A stretch of 25,243 nucleotides of DNA from Proteromonas lacertae. Taxonomy: Eukaryota. Both the position numbers and the translations under genes were made by a program. Shown piece by piece: positions 11,060 through 19,884 of the stretch (its first letter is position 1; each line of letters starts with the position of its first letter). The notes beneath the pieces are model-generated. The model had not been told where the DNA came from. It did no database searches and worked only from the letters and a program-made list of their open reading frames with translations. The DNA is taken from NCBI GenBank assembly GCA_002245135.1, contig NGBS01000297.1, positions 248,001 to 273,243 on the forward strand, read 5' to 3'.

Positions 11060-12055
11060 ATGTTTGGCCGTCCTATTAAAAAACAAGCTGTATCAACAGA
11101 TCTAACACCTGTCACGAGGGCACTAACATCGATTACAAGCAATTTGGGAGAAAAAGTTGGAGATGCTAAATCGATTAGAGAAATGTTGGTCGATATCAAG
11201 AATAGTGGTACAGGAGGATCATCTGGATCAGGTGGTGATATTGATAGTGCAACTAGTGAGAAAATTGATAAAATTGTGAATGTCATTGGAAAGACCAAAT
11301 TAGAGAGTTGGGAAAATAACATATATTATATGATAAATAATATGTATGCTTATTCTGTTACTGATGCTGATTCAACTTATAATATTGCCAATGGGTTGGT
11401 AGGAGTTATTGGTAGAAATCAATTAACTGAAGGTGAGAAAAATATATACAATATGTTATCTGTTTTGTATTCTACAATTTATGATGATGCTAATTCAATT
11501 GCTTATAATGTCAATAGTATAATGTCCTTTATAGGATATCGAAGTGAATATCAAGATAGTTCATGGAAAATGGAGAATCGTATAAAATGGAGTTCTATGG
11601 GTGAAAATAACATGATATTAAAATCTGTAGATGGTCAATTAGAAATTATTCAAGCAAGACAAGTTTTACCAAACTGTTATTGCTTTATAAGATATGCAGC
11701 TTTTCAAACATATTTGCAAATAGAAATACTAAATCCTGTTAGAATAATAACAAGCGAACTAATAATTAATTCAATCTTAACTCCAGATGTAGAAAAATTT
11801 TTAAGCAAATATTTAAGTTTTACAAATAATGTACCAAGAATAGATATATTTTTTGAGTCATTAAGTGGGCATCATCAAGTATGCTTTTTTGAAATTACTC
11901 GTGATAGATGTAGTTTTAGTATGAAAAATCCTACTACAGAACATAATGTGGATAACTTTGAAGGTAATTGTATTCTAATCCCACAAAAAATAATATTTCC
12001 ATATGGTAATAATGTTATAATTCATAAAGATGATGCATTTGATTTTAATATATGA
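11060..12055 (+). CDS. Fibre/spike-like protein (putative)
   Basis: First plausible ATG (MFGRPIKK) follows a T-rich leader. Helical N-terminus, GTGGSSGSGG hinge, ~41-aa tandem repeat and beta-rich C-terminal domain; located in the structural cluster. Confidence 0.5.
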   Translation: MFGRPIKKQAVSTDLTPVTRALTSITSNLGEKVGDAKSIREMLVDIKNSGTGGSSGSGGDIDSATSEKIDKIVNVIGKTKLESWENNIYYMINNMYAYSVTDADSTYNIANGLVGVIGRNQLTEGEKNIYNMLSVLYSTIYDDANSIAYNVNSIMSFIGYRSEYQDSSWKMENRIKWSSMGENNMILKSVDGQLEIIQARQVLPNCYCFIRYAAFQTYLQIEILNPVRIITSELIINSILTPDVEKFLSKYLSFTNNVPRIDIFFESLSGHHQVCFFEITRDRCSFSMKNPTTEHNVDNFEGNCILIPQKIIFPYGNNVIIHKDDAFDFNI

Positions 12056-12062
12056 ATTATAA

Positions 12063-12765
12063 TTAATTCTTCTTGTTTCTCTTGTATTGTTGGTTTTGAT
12101 TATCACTCTCAGTTCTTCTTTTCATCGGAGCAGGTGTTGTTGGTACTGGAATAATATCATAATCTGCAGGTTGTGTATACATATTCTCCAAATCTATGTC
12201 ATCTACATCCTGATTCTCAGCACACTGATCCTCATCATCCTCCTTCTCCTTCTCAAGTTTTTGCTCAAATTTCTTGATACTACTATGCACCTTCAAATTT
12301 TGGGATAATAGTGTATTTTTCTTTATCCTTCTTATCTAATACAGTTATCTGTCTAATTCTCAAATCACACTGACACTCATAAAATAAATAACTTGGAGGA
12401 TCTTTAATCTTGTTTAACCATGCCCAGAATCTGACAGTGTTATTATCGTTGTCTTCAGGAAATATCACTTGGAAGCCACATTTCTTATAGTCTTTGACCA
12501 TATTTGAGTCATCTGTATACTTGATGGCATAATCCACAAACATTTTTTTCAAAGGCTCCTTTACATCTTGATAATAATTTTTAATAGGTCTTCTGTTCTT
12601 AAATAAGAACCTTCCTGGAGTAAAACTCATGATATAGTACTTTGCATCTTCAATCTTTTCTGTATTTGGTTCAGCTTCATTACACCATCCTTTTACAGTT
12701 AAATAAGTAACATCTCTATCATCTAATGTTATAAAATTAGATCCATTATTGATATTTGAGCTCAT
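12063..12765 (-). pseudogene. Frameshifted gene, possibly an ssDNA-binding protein with acidic tail
   Basis: ORFs 12283-12765 and 12063-12296 join by a 1-nt shift near 12295-12301 (..YTIIPK/LKVHSSIKKFEQ..). The beta-rich core plus acidic C-terminus is only suggestive of an SSB. Confidence 0.45.
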
Positions 12766-12958
12766 GCCGCCAAAATGAATATTATATATCCGTTTCACAA
12801 AAAAGATTTATGTGGTTTGAATATATTTGATACATTTGGAGCGGTTATACAAATTACCGCGCATACTATGAACATGTGTAAATTGTATAGTTTGATTACA
12901 CAAGCTTATTTGATAGATTCCATTTCTTTTAAATTATATCATATCATTACACTCAAGC

Positions 12959-13189
12959 ATGTCAGACAACCAAAAAGATACTTCAGAAAAATATAAGGAC
13001 TTAGATTATTGTGATTACATGCCATTCGAAGATGCTCGAAATAGATTCTGGGAGCGTATGGAGCAATTAGACCCTAATGGGAGTGATGCTTTATCTAAAG
13101 AGTATAATCGATTTTTAAAGAATTTTAATCAAGAAAGAGAAGAAATAATGAGAAGTAATTATAATAATTATAATAATAGTAACCATTAG
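12959..13189 (+). CDS. Small hypothetical viral protein
   Basis: 76-aa ATG ORF with charged helical composition. Confidence 0.6.
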   Translation: MSDNQKDTSEKYKDLDYCDYMPFEDARNRFWERMEQLDPNGSDALSKEYNRFLKNFNQEREEIMRSNYNNYNNSNH

Positions 13190-13210
13190 TTAATTAATTA
13201 ATTAATTAAA

Positions 13211-13848
13211 TTACGGTCTATAGTATTCTCTTTTTGATATGACTCCCACAAATTTACAAAGACAATGATACACGTTCCATATTAACCGCTCATACTCATC
13301 TAACTCCCTCTCAAAATGCACCAACTCATAATGATTTCCTTCTTTTTCATTATTACGTATACGTTCCCATAGACATATTAATACATTATGAACTCCAACT
13401 TTTACTGCAGAGTATCGGAACAGTATCTTTCAAACATAATTTTATAGCATCATCTACTCTATTACTCACCTCTATACAATCTTCTACACTGAGATTAAAA
13501 AATCTTGTTTGAATTCTATAATGAGTTAGAGATTCTTTAAAAATTTCTAAAATATGCTGAATTTGAGTTATATTGAATTTCACACGTGGTAAACTCTCTT
13601 CACCAATTGGTAATGCTAAACCAGCATGTCCCTCACAATCACATATTGCTCTCTCACTATGCTCCAAAACATCTAAATTAGCTTTATATGTATGCACATC
13701 CATTTTCTTTACATCTTTTCTCATTGAATAGGCATACTGGTTTTACAGCATCTTCAATCGGCAATGCTCTTTCTAATTCAGTGAAATCTAGAGGTTTAAC
13801 AATACTTTTAGGTGAGTCAGTATGTTGTAATGGTGGTACAGTGTTCAT
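13211..13848 (-). CDS. Hypothetical gene in three frame segments (two frameshifts or two 31-nt introns)
   Basis: MNTVPPLQ.. (13848), the 13386-13724 ORF and ..ILFRYSAVKVGVHNVLICLWERIR..YYRP* (stop 13211) are successive +1 frames. Confidence 0.5.
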
Positions 13849-13907
13849 GATAAGCAAAAAAAATTAATTAAAAAAAAATAAAGTAATTACGTTTAATCAC
13901 TTAACAC

Positions 13908-14431
13908 TTAAAGATCTTCTAAATCTTCTTCTTTATCAAGGTTTTTTGAATCGTCACATTGCATGTTTGGCTTGATCAAATGCTTATGTTTTTTTGATGG
14001 TACTAATTCATCTAATGATTCAGATATAGTACTTAATAATTTTCTTTTAGTGGTGTGGATTACACTATCTGGTGTTACAATATCTGCAATATCATAATCA
14101 TCGTACCATGTGTCCATTTTCCATCCTCATCATCATTGAACTCAGCATCATATTCTACATCATCATCAATGAAATCCTTTAAATTACCATTACTATCAAC
14201 ATCACTTGCATTTGGATCATCTTCAGGATCATAGTCATCAGAGTCATCGTCAGTACATTCTGCTTCTCCATATAAGTACTTATACACATTATCAATCATA
14301 TCCCTTTCTCTTTTTCTTTTTTGACTGAATCGCATTTTCTTATCTTCTAAATTTTCTTTCTTTTGGTCTTGATCATTTGATTTACCCATTATGCCTATAA
14401 CGTGTATGGTATTATGGTTGTTTGAATCCAT
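13908..14431 (-). pseudogene. Acidic low-complexity protein, frameshifted at 14117-14120
   Basis: Adding one A to the A4 run gives ..DDEDGKMDTWYDDYD.., which fuses ORFs 14075-14431 and 13908-14117. Confidence 0.55.
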
Positions 14432-14499
14432 AGAACACAATATACAAAAAATAATAAAATGAAACGAATATATTTCAAATATTGATATTATGTTAATTA

Positions 14500-14859
14500 T
14501 TAACCTATTAATGTCATATTTTGTCTAGCATATTGCACAGGAGTTAAATTCTGTACTGGGTATGGCTGTTGTTGTTGTATTGGTGTTTGATTTCTCTCCA
14601 TTAACACTTCATCTGTCAATTTATTTAATATAGCTTGTGCTTCCTTGAATCTCCATGGATTAATACTCTTTAACATCTGTTGTGCCTCTGGAGGTAATGT
14701 TTCGAGTGTTTTCAGTACTTGAGCTTGTTGATCATTTTGTACCGATTGTTGCGATTGTTGATTCGGTTGTGGCTGTGGTAGATATTGAGGGTGTTGACCA
14801 TCTTGTTGATATGCAACACCACTATTAAAAGTTATTTGAGGTATTGGACCAGCTGACAT
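14500..14859 (-). CDS. Gln/Pro-rich hypothetical viral protein
   Basis: First ATG at 14859 (MSAGPIPQ), 119 aa. Confidence 0.7.
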   Translation of the reverse strand: MSAGPIPQITFNSGVAYQQDGQHPQYLPQPQPNQQSQQSVQNDQQAQVLKTLETLPPEAQQMLKSINPWRFKEAQAILNKLTDEVLMERNQTPIQQQQPYPVQNLTPVQYARQNMTLIG

Positions 14860-14933
14860 ATTAAAAACGGCTATAATGACAATATTGATATTATTGACTA
14901 TATTATCACTCAAAAATATAATTATTTCAAATT

Positions 14934-15463
14934 ATGGTTAAAAGAAGTTCAAAAGTGAAATATCGTAAGTATATCATAGGTAAAGGCAAGTTCTGGGATG
15001 GAGTAAAGAATTTCTTTAAGAAAACAAAAATTTTATCAACAGCAGCTAGTTTAATCCCAGGTGTAGGTCCAGCCTTAGGTAATGTTGTATCCAATGTAGG
15101 ATATGGTAGAAAACGTAGAAGAAGAGGTGGACAAGCAGAATGGAATTATGATGGTGGTATAAGTGGTGCTGGTTCTTTTGGAATAAAGTTAAGAATGCAA
15201 AGATACCAAAGGAATTAAAAAATGTAATTAGTGGTGGTCCAGGCAGTATGCCCTATTTAAAAAATGGTGGAATGGCTAATCCATTTGCTGTAAAGATGTT
15301 AGGTGGTCCAAGCACTATTCCAAAAAAGAATTGGACGAAAGGTGGTCCAAGTACTATACCGAAATTTTTGTTAGCAAAGAAAAAGACTGGTTCTGGTAAA
15401 AGACGTAAAAGTAGTAATAGTCTCGATAATCGATATATTGACAATAAGATTAGAGTTTTCTAG
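14934..15463 (+). CDS. Arg/Gly-rich core / protein VI-like precursor, frameshifted at 15176-15179
   Basis: GKGKFWDGVKNFFKK. Adding one T to the T4 run yields a second motif GAGSFWNKVKNAK and fuses to ORF 15248-15463 (GGPSTIPK x2). Confidence 0.7.
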
Positions 15464-15522
15464 TCTAATTTTATTTTTTTCTATTTTAATCGTATTTCTT
15501 TATTTTCATTCGAAATAACATA

Positions 15523-15816
15523 ATGCCAAAAGGTGGTAGAAGACGTAGATGCGTTTATGGAAGAAGGGGTGGTTCATTTTGGGGTAAGTTAAAAAATTGG
15601 GGTTCCAAAGCATTTAACTGGGCAAAGGATCATAAAATAGCATCCAAAATAGCTAGGGAATTTGGAAAGAACGATATCGCAGATGGATTATCAACAATGG
15701 GATTTGGTCGTAGAAGACGTAGGTCAGGAAGAGGTAGATTACCATTCAATGGAGGTGGGAGTAATCAACAAGCATTATTGAATGCATATTTAAAATCAAA
15801 GGTGGCTCGAATGTAA
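15523..15816 (+). CDS. Arg/Gly-rich protein VI-like (membrane-lytic/core) protein
   Basis: RRGGSFWGKLKNWGSKAFNWAK amphipathic helix; G(F/Y)GRRRRR motif shared with the upstream gene. Confidence 0.75.
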   Translation: MPKGGRRRRCVYGRRGGSFWGKLKNWGSKAFNWAKDHKIASKIAREFGKNDIADGLSTMGFGRRRRRSGRGRLPFNGGGSNQQALLNAYLKSKVARM

Positions 15817-15911
15817 GCTTGACTTTTAATAATGCTAATAATACTTATATTATTATTATTTTCATTGTTCTTTTTGTTAATTTTATTTTTCATAACATAG
15901 AAATAAAAAAA

Positions 15912-16526
15912 ATGAGTGATACTGAATCAACTGAATACGTGAGTGATGATAGTTCTACTGATGAGTCTGATAGTGAAGTAGAGTCAATAAATGAAAATGA
16001 TTCCAAGATGTCCAAACCAAAAATCGCAGAAGCTGAACCAAGTGATGCTATGATCAATGAATTACTATCACAATTCTCTCCAAAGGATATATACAACATA
16101 TTACAGAATGATGGATCATCATCTCATAAAAATTCAATAAAAGGTAAAAAATACTCCCATAAATCCAGATCAAGATCAAGATCACATGAGAGATCCAAAA
16201 GAAGATCTAGCAAGAAACAAAAATCAAATGCTTTAGACGAGCCAAAGTCCAAACGTGGTGGTGGTAGAAAAAATAGTAAAAAGGATAGGGACTCATCATT
16301 ACCTCCTCCTAGTCGTATGACAAAAGCTGAATTACAAATAGCTTTGAAAGAAACCAGAGATCAATTAGGCAAATATATGAAGAAATTAGAAAAGAGTTCA
16401 AATCCAAAGAAAGAGAAAATAGAGAAAGTAAAAGAACCAGAACCAGAAGAAGATAAACCATTAGGTAATGATATTGCAGGTAGAGAAATACAAGGCGAGC
16501 CTATCGAGCCTGTTTATGTTCAATAA
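15912..16526 (+). CDS. Charged low-complexity protein (acidic N-terminus, RS/K-rich middle, coiled coil)
   Basis: First ATG at 15912 (MSDTES); SRSRSRS tract. Confidence 0.75.
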   Translation: MSDTESTEYVSDDSSTDESDSEVESINENDSKMSKPKIAEAEPSDAMINELLSQFSPKDIYNILQNDGSSSHKNSIKGKKYSHKSRSRSRSHERSKRRSSKKQKSNALDEPKSKRGGGRKNSKKDRDSSLPPPSRMTKAELQIALKETRDQLGKYMKKLEKSSNPKKEKIEKVKEPEPEEDKPLGNDIAGREIQGEPIEPVYVQ

Positions 16527-16597
16527 TATTAATAATACTTATATTACACATTATTATTATAATTAAATTGTTTCTTTTTATTTTCTATTAAGTTATT

Positions 16598-17620
16598 ATG
16601 AAAAAACTAAATAAGAAAATACTGCTTGCTGTGTTTGCTCGGATGAGAGGCAAAGGCAAAAGAAAGAAGATACGGAGAGGTGAAGGATATAAAGGACATG
16701 ACAAATATTATCAGAGTTTATATAATAATTTTTATAGAGAAAATGCGAAAGATTTAGTGGATATAAGAAACAGTCGTTTAAATGAAATAAAAGATGAGAT
16801 TACTAAGTTAAATTCTAAAGACACTCCTCCTAATGAAGGTGATATTCGTAAATTGAATGATGAGCAAAAATTTTTAGAGAGACAGAATGCAATCGATTCT
16901 ATGTTATCTACATCATTACATGAAGGTAATGCAATGGCTATACCACTTGCTAATAGTTTAAGAGAGATTGATGATCAGCATTTGTTTGGTCCTAACATGT
17001 ATGTGAATATGAATAGACCTAATTACAATGAAATGGCTCAAGCAAGTGCAAAGACTAGGATGCAGATGGGTGAGTATATGAGTAATCCAATTAACCAAAT
17101 CAAGATGTCACAAATGCAACAAATGGTATATATGCTATATGTTTTGATTTATATATAATAGTAGAAGTTGAATAAATTGATTACTCCTAAAGCAGAAACA
17201 GATATTAAAGTACAGCCGTCTACTGGTAATACAGATGATGTTAAAGAACAGACTGATCATGATCCTGTTGATGATATTACTATTGACGATGTTAAAAAAT
17301 TTACTAAAGAACAAATGGATGAAATATTTGATGAATATGACTTTACAGAAGCTCAGAAAACTAAAATAAAAGAATTATGGGAAGAAGCTCAAAATATTAA
17401 ACAATATGAAGAATGGGTTGCAAATGGAAAAACAGATGATGATGATGATGAAAATGAAGATATTGAATTCAATAAACCAAAAGAAGAAGAAGAAGAAGAT
17501 GATGATGAATTTAAATCTGATTTTGAAGAAGAAGAAGAACAAGAAGATGAGAATGAGGATAATGTTAAAAAAATTGATAGACAGTTAAACAGAATTTTTG
17601 ATGAACTGGGTATTCATTAA
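16598..17620 (+). CDS. Spliced viral gene (intron 17126-17164): basic N-terminus with GxG motifs, acidic C-terminus
   Basis: ORFs 16598-17158 and 17168-17620 share a frame. Removing the 39-nt GTATAT..TAG segment deletes the stops and gives QMQQM/KLNKLITPK. Confidence 0.75.
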
Positions 17621-17631
17621 TAATATCATCT

Positions 17632-17655
17632 ATAATATCAATAACGGCTATATTT
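17632..17655 (+). promoter_or_regulatory. Putative promoter motif (copy of 10094-10117)
   Basis: 23/24 identity; 45 nt upstream of the ATG at 17701. Confidence 0.6.
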
Positions 17656-17700
17656 TTAATAGCATTGTTTCTCTATTTTTTATATTGTTTTATATATTTT

Positions 17701-19032
17701 ATGGGTGTTAAACGAAAGCATAAGCAACAATCATCACCAAAAGAAGAAGCAATTGATTTTGAGAATCCTTCTGTGTATCATAATGCACTTAAGAGAAAAT
17801 TGAAAAAGATCATCTACAACAAAGTGAAAGATAACAAAAAAATAAAACTAGATCTTAGTCACATGGCTAACCCAACAGTCAATGTTGACAAAGGCAATGG
17901 TACATATGGATTAGGCATCTATGATCCTAAATCTAATTTCAATAAATTTTATGATACTATAGGAGATGATGATGATATAGAGGAATTATCAAAGCCTGTT
18001 AATCCAAATATAAACGCAACAAAAAACAATTTCATGACTGATGAGATGAAATACAAATTATATATGTCAGGCATCACAGATCAGTTTGGACGATATTATA
18101 GGAACATAGGTAAGTATAACAAACCATACTCAGATTATTATGCTCAACCAGAGAATTTAACATATCAATGGCAAAATCCATTTTTATCTCAAATTGAAGG
18201 ACAGCCATTACAACAATGGGGATCACAGTACAATGTAAATTCATATCAATCCAATCCAAGATGGAATAATAATGCTGGTACAACACAAAAAGATCACGAG
18301 TATGAATTACAACAAGAAAATGAAATAATGAAAGCAAGGAATGAAGAATATCAGAGAAAGATAGCAACAATGGAAGAAAGAGAAAAAGAGTCATTAATTG
18401 CAAAAATTGATAAATATTTCTCAGGTAATACAACATACGATTGGTTGAAATTTGGTGTGAAGTTCTGCTTATGTACTATGACATTAGGTTCTATTTCACA
18501 AGTGTTTGATATACTATTTCCTGATAGTACTGTTGGTGCAATATTAAAGTATTTAGTAAATGCAGGAATAGGATATAGTGGTGTTATGCAATGGATATTT
18601 GGTTTATCTCCAGCATGGGTTAATGCAGCATCTTTTCTGTCAATGTTAACTCCTAATTTTGTCAGTTTGGTATATAATCGTTGGAAACAAGTTCCTCCAA
18701 TGGATATGTCACAATGGATTCATTCTAAGTTAGATAGTATAATGGGTTTCTTTACTACATCACTAAGTAATATATACAATTGGTTCAGAGGTATATTTGG
18801 TGCTACTCCTACAACAACAACAAATTCGACGAGTGCGCCGGCCACTTCAAATATTCAAGCATCGAATGTTACAACTGCTCCCAGTTATAATAATACAACT
18901 AATAGTACTACAATTGCCCCCAGTTATAATAATCAAAGTTCAAATGCTGCAAGTTACGCCACGGCGGCAGCAGCCCAGCCAGCATTCCAAAATAACTATA
19001 ACAATATGTTATACCATGATAGAAATATATAA
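17701..19032 (+). CDS. Large hypothetical protein with coiled coil, hydrophobic/amphipathic helices and T/S/N-rich tail
   Basis: 443 aa from the first ATG; hydrophobic block FGVKFCLCTMTLGSISQVFDILF..AASFLSMLTPNFVSLVY. Confidence 0.8.
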   Translation: MGVKRKHKQQSSPKEEAIDFENPSVYHNALKRKLKKIIYNKVKDNKKIKLDLSHMANPTVNVDKGNGTYGLGIYDPKSNFNKFYDTIGDDDDIEELSKPVNPNINATKNNFMTDEMKYKLYMSGITDQFGRYYRNIGKYNKPYSDYYAQPENLTYQWQNPFLSQIEGQPLQQWGSQYNVNSYQSNPRWNNNAGTTQKDHEYELQQENEIMKARNEEYQRKIATMEEREKESLIAKIDKYFSGNTTYDWLKFGVKFCLCTMTLGSISQVFDILFPDSTVGAILKYLVNAGIGYSGVMQWIFGLSPAWVNAASFLSMLTPNFVSLVYNRWKQVPPMDMSQWIHSKLDSIMGFFTTSLSNIYNWFRGIFGATPTTTTNSTSAPATSNIQASNVTTAPSYNNTTNSTTIAPSYNNQSSNAASYATAAAAQPAFQNNYNNMLYHDRNI

Positions 19033-19395
19033 TCTTATGATAGTTTATAGTGTATTGGAAATAGAAAAAACGAATTAAAAAAAAGAAGGCTTGAAGGCTC
19101 GAAATTGTTTTTAACAAAAAATAAACTGTTTTTTGAGAGCAATCCAGTCCAAGATTAAAGGCTTGAAATATATATTACAAAGCTTGTAGAATATTCTGCA
19201 AAGCACTGTAAATCTTAAAAAATAAAGATTAACTTAGTCAAACCATCAAGCTTGATGTTTTTTTCTTTTGATTTTTTTATTCTATAATTAATTTAATACT
19301 ATGTTAATTATATGTTATTGTGAGTCATCATTGTGAGTGCATCGACTGATAGTCAAATTTGATATTTGAAAGATGATGTATAATAATAATGAATA

Positions 19396-19462
19396 AAAGG
19401 GGGAAATGAGTACAATTTGAAACCCCTGTTTTTTTGTATTTTTTGTATTGATTTCCCCCTAT
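19396..19462 (+). repeat. Direct repeat copy 2 of 4412-4479
   Basis: Near-identical sequence in the same orientation, 14984 bp downstream. Confidence 0.95.
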
Positions 19463-19657
19463 GTGTTTTTTGTCCGTTTCATAATCAAATCATAATTCAA
19501 GCTTACATTATTTTTCGCTTTTCTGTTTGAATTTAAACAAAAATAATTATTCCATTTGAATCCTCATCTTATGATGAATCTATTTATGTTGTTAGTTCAA
19601 ATTATAGAAAGTGAATGACATATAATTTCAAAAAATAATTCAATAAAAACAATCTCA

Positions 19658-19709
19658 ATAGGATGGTCAACACATGGTGTGATATGACACCATATAGTGA
19701 CCATCCTAT
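19658..19709. repeat. Imperfect hairpin
   Basis: ataggatggtca..atggtgt-gatatg-acaccat..tgaccatcctat (12-bp and 7-bp stems). Confidence 0.85.
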
Positions 19710-19884
19710 GTAATAAAAAACAAAACAAAAAAATGGAGTTCAAGTCAAATCTCGAAACGCATCTATTTTTCTATTATTGATATTTCTTATAAGACTTGTT
19801 ATAATGCTAATTAATTATGTAAATTATGAAAACAACACTCCCACACAAACACAATCAATCATTTGAACCAATTAGGACCAGAGA

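Noticed and set aside
15158..15189. 32-nt GTATAAG..AAG intron as an alternative repair of the 14934-15463 gene
   Set aside because: It restores the frame but deletes the GSFW motif conserved in the two paralogous motifs, so a 1-nt deletion is preferred; RNA data are needed to exclude it.
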